Origin: the human T2T-CHM13v2.0 reference genome, Homo sapiens
DNA length: 64,000 nucleotides
Assembly: GCF_009914755.1 (NCBI RefSeq)
Contig: NC_060942.1
Reading direction: 5' to 3' (one strand)
Shown here: piece after piece, positions 12,481 through 25,968 of the stretch
Layout: each line of letters opens with the position of its first letter
How positions within the stretch are numbered: position 1 is the first letter of the stretch
The notes under the pieces: generated by a model
Seen by the model: only the letters and a program-made list of their open reading frames with translations
Told to the model about the DNA's origin: nothing
Databases searched by the model: none
Position numbers and translations under genes: made by a program

Positions 12481-14404
12481 GAATTAGTGTGATCTTAACA
12501 GACCTGTAACAATTCACTCAAAATAATCACAAGTGTTTCAAAAAATTCACAATGTGAAAAATTAAAATTAGATGCTCTGTTAGTCATCTCTGAAAACATT
12601 TGAAAATGTGAACTGATAAAGAATTGTGTGCTAAGACTCTAGAATTTAGTGTGAAATTACCCATGACTGATTTCGGAAGCCACTAACATTAGTAGTATAT
12701 ATTTATTTTGTATCCTTGCATGTTGCATCACTCCTACGCCACCAGATCATCTGACCCTAGGAATCAAAGATTTGGAATCCTTTGGCCATGCAAACTAGAA
12801 TTACCAAAACAAACAAACAAACAAACAAAACAAACAATAACTCAATAAGCTTCTAGTCCTGTAGACTTCAAATGACCTTCCTCTTGCATTTCGTAGGACA
12901 ACCAACTGCAGTTGCATTATTCCCATAGACATACTTCCGTCCAATTGTGGTCAGGAAGTTTAGTCGTAGATTTCTTATTTATCACCAGATTTGTACGAAC
13001 GTAACCACATCCAAACCACCTACCCAACCAATATTAGTAATGTCTTTTTACTTCCTGATTGAAGTGCAAAGTGCTTTAAACATTCAGTGTAAACACATTT
13101 GTTTATTTCTTTCTTAATTTGTGAGGCCACTTTGCTGGCAGAGAGCAGAGTAGAGGAATCCAAGATGTATTGATTTCTTTCTTCATGACTATTTAATCGG
13201 TTAAAGTGTGCACCACTTGCAAATGCCAAGATGCTGGTTACATTTTAATAAATGTCCTCTTTGGTCGATCAATACTCCTCAGCCCAAAAATAAATAAATA
13301 AATAAAAGTGCTGTTCTCTCATAAGCTAATGGGGAGAAAATCTTTTTACTATCACCAGTCATCATGACAAACAAGAATATGAAAAGTGTTAATGAAATGA
13401 CCAACTGTCTATAAAATAAAAGACTTTCAAGATAGTCTCCTTTCTTCCTTCAACCTGATGAAACAAAATGGAAAATTACACTAGTGCCCATCCAGCGTGA
13501 AATGATGTTAACAAGCAGAAAACAAATTCTATAATGAAGGACTTCTAGGATGTACTATGTATAGTCTTACTTGTAAAGAGGGAATTACTGGGCAGAGCTC
13601 TAGCCCTGAGCAACATCCCACCCCCTACTGAGGAGAATCACAGTTATCATCATGTCCCTCGGGAAATCGCACCATTCGCCACTGTACAACAAATTGATGT
13701 TCACAGCATAATAATTATCCATGTGCTGCAAACAATAGGCCACACAATTACCAACCAGGACAATGCCCTACACAGGGCAAAGTAAAGTTACAAAATGAGG
13801 TGATTGTACAGATAGTTGAGGAAATAGCCCCACAAAAAAAGGGAGGTGGGCAAGTTGTCATTTATTGAGCATTGTTCAGGAAGGAAGAGTTACAAATAAC
13901 TGAATTTTCCTGAACACCAAAACTTATTGTTTAAGCACAAAATGTTTCATTTTCAAAATGCATTCATTGTGGATGGATATCTTACTTAAAATGTATTATT
14001 AATCCTTCTCTCTAGTTAAACAGAGTCTATAAATGTGATTATATTTTGATAGTTCTCTCGATTAAACAAACAAACAAAACATTTATTAGGGAAAGGTGGC
14101 CCAGAAACTACTACCTGGGTTAAGAATGTGACCACATTCTTGTAATGCCTCCCATTTTCTACAGAAGGATGGCATGAAGACATGTAAGTACACTTGTAGA
14201 GGCATTATTCCAAAGGAGTTCACAGGTTCCTATGTAAACCCTGCAGGTGCAAAGCAACATAAGCCAAACAGATGATATTTCTAAAATTAAATGAGATACA
14301 ACTACAGACACTTAAAATAATTTGATGCTATTTTTGTGAACCTCATTTTCTTACTAGAGACTGGAGCATAACGGAATATTTTGGAATTGAAGCAGCTTAA
14401 TGTT

Positions 14405-14635
14405 GAAGGTTCTGCACTTGTCTTGAAGCTCAGACTGCCTGGGTGCAAATCTCATCCAGCATGTAATAACTGTGTGATGCTGGAAATATTTTTTGAATCA
14501 TTATAAAAGTCTGGATTCTGATCCACAAAATAGAAATAATTATGATCCCTCTATTGTAATTTTAAAATAAGATCATCCTTGCAAAATATTTAGCCCTTCT
14601 GTTGGCACTTAGTAAGGGCTCTGTAAATGTTAGCA
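14405..14635 (+). mobile_element. MIR
   Basis: CTCAGACTGCCTGGGTGCAAATCTC...AACTGTGTGA...GGCACTTAGTAAGGGCTCTGTAAATGTTAGC. Confidence 0.6.
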
Positions 14636-14854
14636 ATTTAAATAAGAAAATGGGGAGGGAAATTGGTTCAATAGGAATCCAGAGATGAAAATATAAATAA
14701 TAAGCATGTGAAAGACTATAAAAGGAATGAGTGTAAAAACTAAAGGAATAGAGAAAAATAAAGAAAGAGTATTTAGAGGACACTAAGTCAATTTTTTAGA
14801 TCACCATGCCCTCAACTGTTCAAGGAAAAATCACTATTTCGATATTAAAAAATA

Positions 14855-15075
14855 TTTATTGTGCCACATCACAGACTAGACACAATGCCAGACGCCATTA
14901 AATTATGTAATGTAGCCTATTCTGCACCAACATCTTTGAGGTGGATTTTGTCTTTGTCATTTTGTAGGTGAGAAAACCAAAACTCAAAGGAATACTGTAG
15001 GTCATATGGTAAGAAAGATTTGTAAATATCATTTAAATATAGTATCTTTTGGCTCTAAATCCAATGTGCTCTTCC
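14855..15075 (-). mobile_element. MIR fragment
   Basis: CATTTTGTAGGTGAGAAAACCAAAACTCAAAGG...GGTCATATGGTAAG. Confidence 0.5.
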
Positions 15076-15489
15076 CCCAACACAGAGCTTATGTACATGT
15101 TTTCCTTCCTTCTCCCCTCTCCTCTTGCTGACCCATTTTCTACTTCTCTTCCTGTTTTTTGAGCACTCCTTATGTGTGAAACACTGAAAAAAAAGAAAGT
15201 TAAAATTTGTTCTTTGTCTGTAGTGATTTTACAGTCTATTGGAGGACAAAAGCATGTGAAAAGATGCATACAATTTAACAGGTGACTTCAACAGGGACAT
15301 GCATGGAGTGCCATTGTTTCTCACATCAACATCTGTGCCTGGAATACATTCTCTTTGTTTCAGGCTCCCAGATCCTGATATCCTTCTATCTTTCAAGCCT
15401 CAGCTCACGTTTATCATTCTCTCCCATAACTATACATACTCAGTGATTCCCTTTTATTTGAATCACTCTTGTGATTTATTGTCTATATC

Positions 15490-15635
15490 TGAAGAGCCTA
15501 TTAAGATGCACAGCATTTGGCATCACCTCCAGAGTTTAATATTTGGAATCTGGGGTGGGCCCTGAGAATTTTCACTTTAACAAGTTCCTAGATGATCTTG
15601 CTGCTGCTGCTCCAGGGAGCATGCACAGAGCACCA
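15490..15635 (+). mobile_element. MER5A-like hAT-Charlie fragment
   Basis: TCTGGGGTGGGCCCTGAGAATTTTCACTTTAACAAGTTCCTAGATGATC. Confidence 0.6.
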
Positions 15636-17687
15636 TTTACTACCCCAAAGGGCTCCCTCAGCATTTGCCAAACATTCCCTCTGGTCTGAGCTAATGTTCC
15701 TGTTGCATAGATCCAGTTTCCTACCTAGCTATTAGTCCCTTGAGTCCAAGAGATATTTCTTCTTACTCTTTGTACCTTCCCATAGCGATTAGAAAAGCAT
15801 GCCAGTCAATAGTAAGTGTAGAGGAAGTTTGTTTAACTTGACTGGTTGATTAGTGGGTTGATTTACTGCCAGCTCAGTGGCTGTTTCTCTCCCATTACTT
15901 CCACCTCCCATGAGGACTGCACCTGCGGCAGCGATTTTATGTGAACTTGGATTACTGTATGGAAATGGAGGTGAGCATATGTAGATATTTGTATTATCGT
16001 ATCTTTCAAATAACATCTCTCAAATAATGATACTTGTAAAACTTTTCCTCATGTTTATTTGCAGGGTAATGCATAGACAGTTGCCTTGGAAACACTCACT
16101 CTGAATATTCTAAATTTTCTATAATGGAAAATCTTGCCTTTACCTTATAATTTATAGTCTCTCTCATTTTTGGATTTTGCTGAGAATACATAATGAGATC
16201 CAAATGCTGATAAATGTCATTTTCTGAGGACATAATTGTTATATTCATGTATTAGTTTTGTTATAAACTCATTGTTGTCAGTCAGGCTTCTGAAGGACAA
16301 TTATCTAATAAAAAATAAAATTTTAACTAAGGCTATTTAAAGTTGTGTTTTAACTGCCCTCTGTATAGTGTCCATTTCTTTTTTACTTGTACATTTTAAA
16401 ATATTAGTTTTTTTATTATCTCTTCCCTCATAAATCAGAATTAAAGCTGTCATTTCCACATTTGTGTTTGTAGAACTGTTAGGCAACTTCTTTTTTAATG
16501 TCATTAAATACCAACTAGCCTTAATAATTCAGAACATCTGGTTCCAAAAACCCGATTACAGGGCACAGTCGTAACACATTGCATTTTCTACTAGACTCAG
16601 CATAGTCTCCATTAGTTATTGTTCCTGTTTACTCAGTTTTGAGCTAGACTCTCCCAGAGTACCAATTATGTCCTGAGAGCAAGTCAGCACACACACAAGG
16701 TGAAGAACAAGTTTGACAATTATCCTATTAATTTGATCTATGTTTACATGTATATAGCCAAACCAGATAATTCAGTACAAATAACTCACCCAAAGGACTT
16801 ATTATCTGGGCTGGTTATCTACATAGATCAAACTAGATCTTAATAACTCCCAAATTTCCACTTTACTTTATGTCCTATAGACATAACCAAAGGTGATTCT
16901 ACCTGCTCCGGCCTACGCATGCCGAGCTGTTTCTACAACAGTGGATTCAGCTTTCAAACTTATCACATAATTACAGAAAAGTTCTTGAAGACTAGAGGTA
17001 TCAAAAATAGCTACTAATGAGTTATTATTGCATTTATTATTTCTAAATCAACAGGAATGTAAAATTTATTTGCATTGTCATTATCTCTTCTGTGTAGCAT
17101 GAAGTCTAAGATTCATTTAAATATCTGTTCTCAGTCAGGGTCCATCTGACCACTTATATACAGGTACCTCTAACTGTCAATGAAAAAATCTTATATTTGA
17201 CTATGTCTGAGCTATGACAATGTGATGACAATGAACATTAGTGTAAGCTTACTTTGTTAAAAATATTTATACAGGCATCTCTTCTTTTAGAATTTACAAT
17301 GTGTGTCTACTGGACTCCTCAAAGATAAAGAAGATAATATTCATATGTGTACAGCCAGAGCTTTGCTAAAGCATGATATATACTCAATAAATGACTGAAC
17401 AAACTTGAGTATTACAAAAATTAAACATGAATATTGTAGAAAATAAGAAAATAACAATGAAGAAGAAAGGTAATAATAAGATCACTAACTCACCACAGTA
17501 AAATAACTACTATTGGTATTTTAGCATATGCTCCCAGAAAGGATTCATTGCATACTTTATCTAATTTTAATATTTCATCATATTATAGAAAGTGCTTTGT
17601 AAACTTTTTTGCTAACCAGTATATCCAGTTTTTTTTTTTTAATCCTAATCTTTGCTCTTCACTATTAGGAAAACTTATATCAGAATT

Positions 17688-18184
17688 CAATGGTTCCCGG
17701 TTCTCAGACTTGAGAGTGCATCAGAATCACCTGGAGGGCTTGTTAGAAAACAGATTCCTGGACCTCACTCCCAGAGATTCTGATTCAGTCTGTCCAGGAT
17801 GGAGCCTAAGAATTTGTGCTTTTAATAAGCTCCCAGGCCGAGCGCAGTGGCTCATACCTGTAATCCCAGCATTTTGGGAGGCCGAGGCGGGCAGATCATG
17901 AGGTCAGGAGTTCGAGACCAGCCTAGCCAACATAGTGAAACCCCATCTCTACAAAAAATACAAAAAATTAGCTGGGCGTGGTGGCGGGCGCTTGTAATCC
18001 CAGCTACTCAGGAGGCTGAAGCAGGAGAATTGCTTGAACTGAGGAGGCGGAGGTTAGTGAGCCGAGATCTAGCTATTGTACTCCAGACCAAGCAACAGTG
18101 CAAGACTCTGTCTCAAAATAAATAAATAAATAATAAGCTCCCAGATGTTTCTATGGTTCAAGGACCACACTTCGAGTAACACTG
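17688..18184 (+). mobile_element. MER5A interrupted by an Alu (parts 17688-17835 and 18144-18184)
   Basis: GCATCAGAATCACCTGGAGGGCTTGTTA...CCCAGAGATTCTGATTCAG; 3' end GGACCACACTTCGAGTAACACTG. Confidence 0.85.
17836..18130 (+). mobile_element. AluS (Sg-like), full length
   Basis: Dimer with the 2-nt left-arm deletion (GATCATGAGG); (AAAT)n tail; TSD TAATAAGCTCCCA (17823-35, 18131-43). Confidence 0.95.
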
Positions 18185-21100
18185 GATTAGACCATTATCT
18201 ACAACACTCACAATGACAAAATACTGTGATATGTCTCCAGTTCTTCTCTACTCTCCTTATTAAATTAAAAAAAAAAACCATGAATAGATATTCTCAATTT
18301 GTTTGTTATGCCCTGGATTTAAAATGTTTCTGTCTTTATATTTTGTTATGAAACTAGGAGAATGAAACTATCTAACTTCCTATATCCAGAGAATAAAGAG
18401 AAAATGGTGCCTTGATTTAAAATTTGGTCTTAGTAGCTATCGTTACACAAATTTTTTCTTTGTGCAGCTAAGAAAGCAGTCCTTAAAATGCATATGAGCC
18501 AATAATTAGCCGATTTCTTACTCCTGATGGGTCCAAAAAGGCAAAATTTTTAAATGAAAGAAGCTTATGCTATTTTTCTTAATAATAGATTATGTATATT
18601 CCATTTTAGCTTTTCAACTTATAGTTCAATTAGGAAAATGTTTTTTTTTCCTTTTTATGACTTAGCAAAATTTAGATTGCAAAATTACTGTCTATGACAC
18701 TTAATGTTTTTCTTTAGAAAAATGGTGAGTATGTGTGTGCAGGTGAGAATATACGTGTTTGTGTGTGCACAAGCGTGCATTCCAGGGGCTACTTAGTAGA
18801 CTAAGACTTTAAAAGTTTAATCAGTGAAAAATCTTTAAAAAGATTCTACTTAAAATGTTAATATTCAACTTAGACTGTTCAGCTACATATAATAACTGCC
18901 AAAGTACTTGGATGGATTTCCCACAAGGTAAAAAGAGAATCTGGACTCTAAAAGAGAGACTTCCTAAAGCCAAAGAGACAGAAACTGGGGAGAAAGGAGG
19001 AGGGCTATATTGGAAACCAGGGAACATCATGAGTAAAACTTATAAGGTGATTTTAGCTTATTCTAGCTTTTCTCTTAGATATTAAGAAAAGTCATAATCA
19101 GTATGCTAAATTATAATTTTCAAACAGTTAAAATATTATTCTCAGGCAAATACAAAATGAACATGTTGCAAACATTTTATTCATCTCACTAATTAATGAG
19201 AAGCCAGTAAGATATTAAAGTCAGTTGAAATAAATAGTAGAAAAACAGCCATATATAGATATATAATCAGCAATAATGAATGAATTTGCTAATAGATGTA
19301 AAACATATTAATAATCTATAGGACAATACAATGTGATGTTTAGACTCATCTTTTCTACAGGATAGAAATCAATTATATCTTTACTTGACAAAAATTATTT
19401 GTATTCTTAAGAACGAGAATAATTTGTAGTAATATCAGTGTTCTACTACTTCACTTCTTCCCCTACAGAATTATAATGTAGCACCTTCAACAGAAAGACA
19501 ATCAAAGGTATACATCCTGACAGGTTCAGACCCCTGAAGGATCTGTTAGACAATGTCCAACACTCCAGTGAAAGAAAATACAGTAAGCCTTTTTGACCAT
19601 TTCCTAATCTTGGGCATATTTTTCTGTCGGTAGACATTCAAAATTATCTTCCTCACGTAGTTTAATTTCCTTTTGTGGCAATGTCCTTAATCTTTCATTG
19701 AGACTGCTGCACCTACACAACTTTATGTGGAGGCTGTAAAGAAAAATCGGGAGTAGAGAGTTGTCACACAGGGAAATGTAGCCTAGCCAACCCTCTGTGT
19801 CATTCACCAGGAGACCTTCCTTGTGGCACAAACAACAGAGAAAGGAACTGAAACCAGACTTCATGAGCTCTAGACCGCAGCCAGCAAATAGAACACTGAT
19901 GATTGGGAGCAGTTCAGTGGGTGCTCCCTAGAAAGCCGGTTAACCTTTTTTTGAAAGGGTAAGACTTTCACAGAAAGGCATGAATGAGTAATGATTGGAT
20001 TCCATATGAGGAACTACATTGGTGCTGGAGAGGTTTTGGAGCTGGGATCCTGGGTCCAAAGGAAAAATAATGAGAACATTAAGATAAAACTACCTGCTAA
20101 GATATTTACTCTTGTTTTGCTCACATGTCAGCATGCCTAAGGGAAAAACTTGAGGAATTTTGAGAGTCCGATGCCACTCCAGTGGATTCCAAGTCAGATT
20201 GAATAGGAGTTGTTATGAAAGCCTGCCTTGATTTCACACCTATCTGCTAAAAGATGTTATCGCCCTGCCAGCCCTCTGAACACAGGCCTTTCTGGGAGAG
20301 GGAAAGCAGGCTGACAGCCCTGAAATGTGCCCAGGGTTTTGCAGCTGGAAAAGACAGATCAGAGTGGTGATTCAAAAAAATCCTGTCCCACATGGGTTCT
20401 GATAAACATGCAAGCACTAAAACATTAAGCCACCTTTGTCAGCAGTCTTACATCCTCCTTTTTGTTTCCTTTCCTGCTAAGTTCTTTTATTAGCCACAAT
20501 GATAATGATGCTAATAAGAAGCCACTTATTCCACCCTCTGGAATGATTCTTAATAATTTATGATCTCCATTTTTGTCTAAAATTCAGCACAATTCAGCCT
20601 TTTAAAAAAAGTAAAAAAAAAATCAAGTTACACACAGAAAATGAATTATGCACCAAATTGTAAATATTCCATTTCTTTTGCTGATCTGAAACTCCCCAAA
20701 GAAATATGAACACCTGATTTAAAATTCAGCTGCAGTGACATTTCCTAGCTGGGAAAAAAATACTTGCAAAAATTCACAAGTATTTGCAAAAAGATAACTT
20801 TTTTTGGTGGATACTAGTACATTCTAATGTGTTTTTAAAAACTATCTTGTGCTTATATTCCCAAAAATGAATAAAATATAGCTTACTGGAAGTTTGTTCT
20901 GTGAATAGACTTACAACACTTCAGCAAGAAGGGACTTTGCATGGCTAGGGATAATTTCCTGACAGTAAAGATGCATGTGACAGCAAACTTTCTACCTGGA
21001 AAGTAGCAAAAGTCAGGTAAATGCCTACTATTACACTGCAGACTTAACTATTAGATATCTTGGCCAACTGATATATCACAACTGAAAACAATCATCCTGC

Positions 21101-22259
21101 TAAAGTCCAAAAGGAACTGGAAAAGCCCACCTGTTGTGTTTTCCACTGGGATTTCCAAATATAAGGAGTTAAATACATTAAGCTCAGAGAAATATTACTA
21201 GTATTCTCACTAATAACTTTTGTTTCTTTGTTTCTGTAAAACATTGCTCAGCTATGAAAGAATTAACTTCCATTCTTGACATACTATGTTAAATGACTTA
21301 TGATGAGACAAATATCCCCACTGTCCAAGTGCTTTGGGCACATGGGTGAATAAACAGCAAATGGAATTGAAGCCAACATTCATCATATTGATGATTTCTC
21401 AACACACAGACATACAGCACACATTGTTGTACCCTAAATATCTTAACACTATGTTGAATAGCCAACACACAATTTGATTTTTGATATTAGCAATAATAGG
21501 TGTTTCACTAATAACAGCTTATATTGGTATTAATTTATTTAATATACACTCAACACGTTTAGTGACTATATTTCAAAGCTTTTTGTGAGCATTAGTGAAT
21601 CACATAACCTTGTGAAATGACATGGCAGGAATAGTTTACTTCATTTTTTCTATGAATGGACTAAGGATTATAGAGTTTATAAATTAGAATTCTAGATTCC
21701 TGAGTCCTACCATTAATCATCATTGATTGTCATTCTAGAGGAAGTCTACAGATTTTTGGGGTCAGAATCACCAAAGGTTTGTTTAAAATGCATGGTCTAA
21801 AGCTCTAACACAGAAGAAGGCACTACAGATCAGAATATGTGAGATAATAACAGCATTTAGCAAGCACCCCAAATGGCTTGCTTCTAGAAACTTTCCTAAA
21901 TACCCCAGGATTGATTGATTAATTGATTGATGAATTTACTTGTGTTACAATATTACTTGATGTAATTCTGTCTGTTTAACCTGGAATACTAGCTACATAA
22001 GCAGAGACATGGTATGATAGCCCATATTAGAGGAAGACACAATGGTAGGCAGTGGGAGGCATCTCACAGAAAGGCCTCTGTGTCTGAAAGCAATGTACAG
22101 TTAACTCCAGAAAGTAAAGGGAAAGTCCACTGCAAGGGAGATGCAGATGTGGATAATCCAAGAGACTGCATTCTTTCTGGTTGACACAAAACACCATTGC
22201 CTCTCCAAACAATTTAAATTAAGCAAAAGCTAGTGGATGCAAATGGGTAAATTCTGGTG

Positions 22260-22261
<2 letters not shown>

Positions 22262-22290
<29 letters not shown>
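22262..22290. repeat. poly(T) tract
   Basis: Directly visible. Confidence 0.9.
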
Positions 22291-22295
<5 letters not shown>

Positions 22296-24898
22296 TTGTA
22301 ACTGGTTCCTGCAAGGCAGGCCTACATGAAAATGTGACTGATAAGATTTGTTTTTAATATCCTCCGACTCCCTTTTTCAAACCCTTCTTCTGTCTATACC
22401 TGCATACTCCTTTCCATACAAGTTACTAGTTCTCTGACAGCCTTGAGGAAGACCAATGGTAAAGCCACTAATGGTGGAGTATGAACTCAGTGATTTCCAT
22501 TGATGGAATACATGTCACCTTTCAGAATGAGGTATTGCTCACCCTCTCCCAAATGAGGTAGCACAGGCTGTTGCCTCCTCATCCACTGGTAAGACACAAC
22601 TAGATTTTTATACTCATGGCCAAACCACTCCTGCTTAATACCAACTTACTTCAACTCAGATTGCTTGAGACTCATTGTGGTTCATCTATAAGGCAAAACT
22701 GAGACAGGGATTAAAAAACCTCATCTCTAATTCCTGCTTTCTCTACATTGAGGTGTGTCCCTTGGAGCTGCCAAGTCAGGCTGAATTTTCAGCACATTCC
22801 ATTCACCCTCAGTGAGTCTGCAAGTTGCATAGAACCTAAAGAAACAATCAATTCTGTCAGGGGAAAATAAATCAATCCCACCATTTTTTTGTCTTTGTTG
22901 TTGTTCATCAGAAAATAATTGATAATTGACTTTTTCTCACTTTTTCTATAATTTTGTTGTTCATAAATAACATTGCTGAAAAGCAAAAAAAGCGATTAAT
23001 CAAAATAAAATTCACATGCAAATTTGCATTCTCTCCTCCTCCTAAGTTTACATAATGTGTCTTTGCTACCTATGAAAAGTGCTTATCACATGGTAAAATG
23101 ATACGCACCCCCCAACACACATGCTTTCCAATGAAATGCTGGCATTATTGCAGTTGGAAAAGTAACAAAATACTATGTTACAATATTGCTAAAAGTAATA
23201 AAGCTTTCCTTGTTTTCCAAGAGCCATATCTAGCAACAATTCTATTTCTCTCTCTTTCAATTTCTCTCTCTGTATTTCTCACTCCTTCCCCCAGTCACCC
23301 TCCCTTTCTGGTCTTTGGTTTATCAATATATCAAAAAGCAAATGTGATGACTCCCCCATATATCTGCTTTTCAGATTTCATTCACCTCTGACCTGTAATT
23401 GTCCAATTTAGCTCAAGTACTTTTATTTATGCTATTCCCTAGACCTATACATTTTGATGAAAGGAACGACACTCTCTGTTCAGTGCCTTCAGAGAGCACT
23501 TTGCAGGTACCATCCGTTCAGAAAAAGCAGTCACCCAATACATGAGATTGTGACAAGGTATAATGTAATGGTAGTTATGCGAACCTCCAATAAACCAGCG
23601 CTACTTCACAGATTACTTGGAGAGAAAGTCTCTCAGCGTGCTTGAAGAAGTATGAAATGAATTTCATTTCCTTCTCATTTGCCTTGCTTCTGAAAGGTTT
23701 CATGCAAGATATGTGACCAACTATTATAGTACTAATCCATCCATGACAGAGCTCAATTTTCTCTGAGAATTTACTTCTGAATGGGCTTCCGAAATACTTG
23801 AAAGCTCAAAATTAAAGTACACTGAACAGAGCAGCCACTGAGCTGTGGACAACTGTCAGTCAAGAAAACCAGTTGGAACAAAATGTAAATTCGATTTTAT
23901 TTTATTTTTTTAAAGTGATCTATAGTGATGAGGTGGTAAAGTTTTATAGCCCATTTCCAAACAAGAACAATAAGGAGGGAAGTGGCAAGAGCTGTTGTTG
24001 TGAGCTTTTCTCATTACTGCAAATGAAAATGGGAGCTTGTGTTATGGAAACTCTAGAAATGATGTGCAAACACTGTGGCTTGTTGTATGCACTCTTTGTT
24101 TTGGTGGATGAGAAAGTGGAATGACAGGAGCCAGCTGCCAGTCACTAGAGACAATGTCTATAGAATAACTGACACTGTGCATGGTGTTCTGGTACTTGGG
24201 CCATAATAGTCAGGGTATCACTGATGTTAGTTATACCAAGGACAGTTTTGGTCTATGGAAATAGCAGAATTTTAAAAATTCAACACTATTTGACTCCAGG
24301 AATTTGTGAGACTAAAGACTTGCTAGACAAAAAAACAAACAAACAAACAAACAAAAAAACATGGCTGACAGAATTTCTAAAAATACTAATTTGTGGAGGT
24401 AAACATTCCTTAATACTGGAATCAAAACCTCACATTTAGTGCCTAGTATGTACCGGGGTCTGCCTGATATACAGTGGAGCTACGACAACATGTAAGGCAC
24501 ATTTCTTGATTTGAAAATCTAACATTCTAGTAACTGCATGAAAGGGAGAGAAAGAGGATAAAGAGCAATGCTTCTAGAAAGCTCTGAATTTATACTATAA
24601 GCAAAAAGTTAAGTGTCAAGGAGTTTCTAAAAGTAGTCTACTTTTTCTTTGAAATAAGAGAGACCCAGCAAACAATGAGCTCAGGGAAATTCTAGTTGAA
24701 TTAAATACTTCTAAAGTATTTTTTGTTTGTTTATTTTTGAGAAGTTTGAGTGCAACATTTTTAGAAGGCATTGACAACTAAATAGCAATCAGACATTTGT
24801 CTAATAATGACTTTATATGAGCTACCACTCCTAGCCTTATAAGAAAGATATAATTCAAGAGAGAGTTGCATTAATGAAATAGAAAGAGAGTATACCTG

Positions 24899-25882
24899 TG
24901 AGACGGTTAATTTCAGGTTTCAGGTGTGGATTAAGGAACACCTAGAGACCTAGTAAAGCATAATTCTGGGTGTATGTTTTAGAGTGTTTCCAGAGGGTAA
25001 TGGCATGTGAGTCAGTAGACTGAATGGGAAGATCCATCCTCAATGTGGGTGACAATCAGCTTGGAGCCCAGATAGAAAAAAAAAAAAAAAGAATTTCCTC
25101 TCCGTCTCCTGGAGCTGGAAGACTCTCCTTCTCCTGCCCTTGGACATCAGAACTCCAGGCTCTCCAGACTTGGGATTTCAGGACTTTTACCAGAAGCTTT
25201 CAGGTTCTCAAGCCTTTCACCACAGACTGAGAATTATACCATTGGCTTCTCTGGTTCTGAGGCTTTCAGACTTGGACTGAGCTATGCTACCAGCATTCCA
25301 GGGTCTCCAGGTTGCAGATGGCTTGTTGTGGGACTTCTCAGCCTCCATAATCACATAAGCTAATTCCTCGAATAAGTTGTGTCTCACACACCTATATCTA
25401 TGCTATAGCTATAGCTAGAACTTATTAGAGGAATTATTTTTTTTCTATCTGGGCCCCCAGAAGATTTTCATAGCTATAGCTATAGATGTGTGTATATATA
25501 TGTGTGTGTATATATATATGTGTATGTGTGTATATATATATGTGTATGTATATATGTGTGTGTGTGTGTATATATATATATACACACACACACATTTGTT
25601 TCATATATATATATATATGAAACAAAACCCCAGGAAATCCAGGGAAGTGACAGAATGAGGTGTGCTGTTAGTCTTTTGTCTGATTTCTTATATCACGCAC
25701 ATATGATGTATGTGATATGTGATATATGATGTAAGATATAATAGCTTATAGCTAGAGCTATAGATATGATATTTAGCTATAGATAGAGATATTTGATATG
25801 ATATATGATATGATAGCTATGTCACCATAGCTATAGCTATACACTATTCGTTCTGTCCTTCTGAAGAGATCTGACTAATACA
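24899..25882 (+). mobile_element. MLT2 (ERVL) solo LTR with a rearranged/expanded low-complexity interior
   Basis: Starts TGAGACGGTTAAT (consensus TGTGATGGTTAAT); ends CTGACTAATACA; 5-bp TSD ACCTG (24894-98, 25883-87). Confidence 0.88.
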
Positions 25883-25932
25883 ACCTGGGTGTGATGATGC
25901 AAAAAAAGGAGAATAAAACAAGGCATGATATA

Positions 25933-25934
<2 letters not shown>

Positions 25935-25968
<34 letters not shown>

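Noticed and set aside
18890-19440. Possible old LTR or DNA-transposon remnant
   Set aside because: Looks repeat-like, but I could not recognise termini, a TSD or a family with confidence
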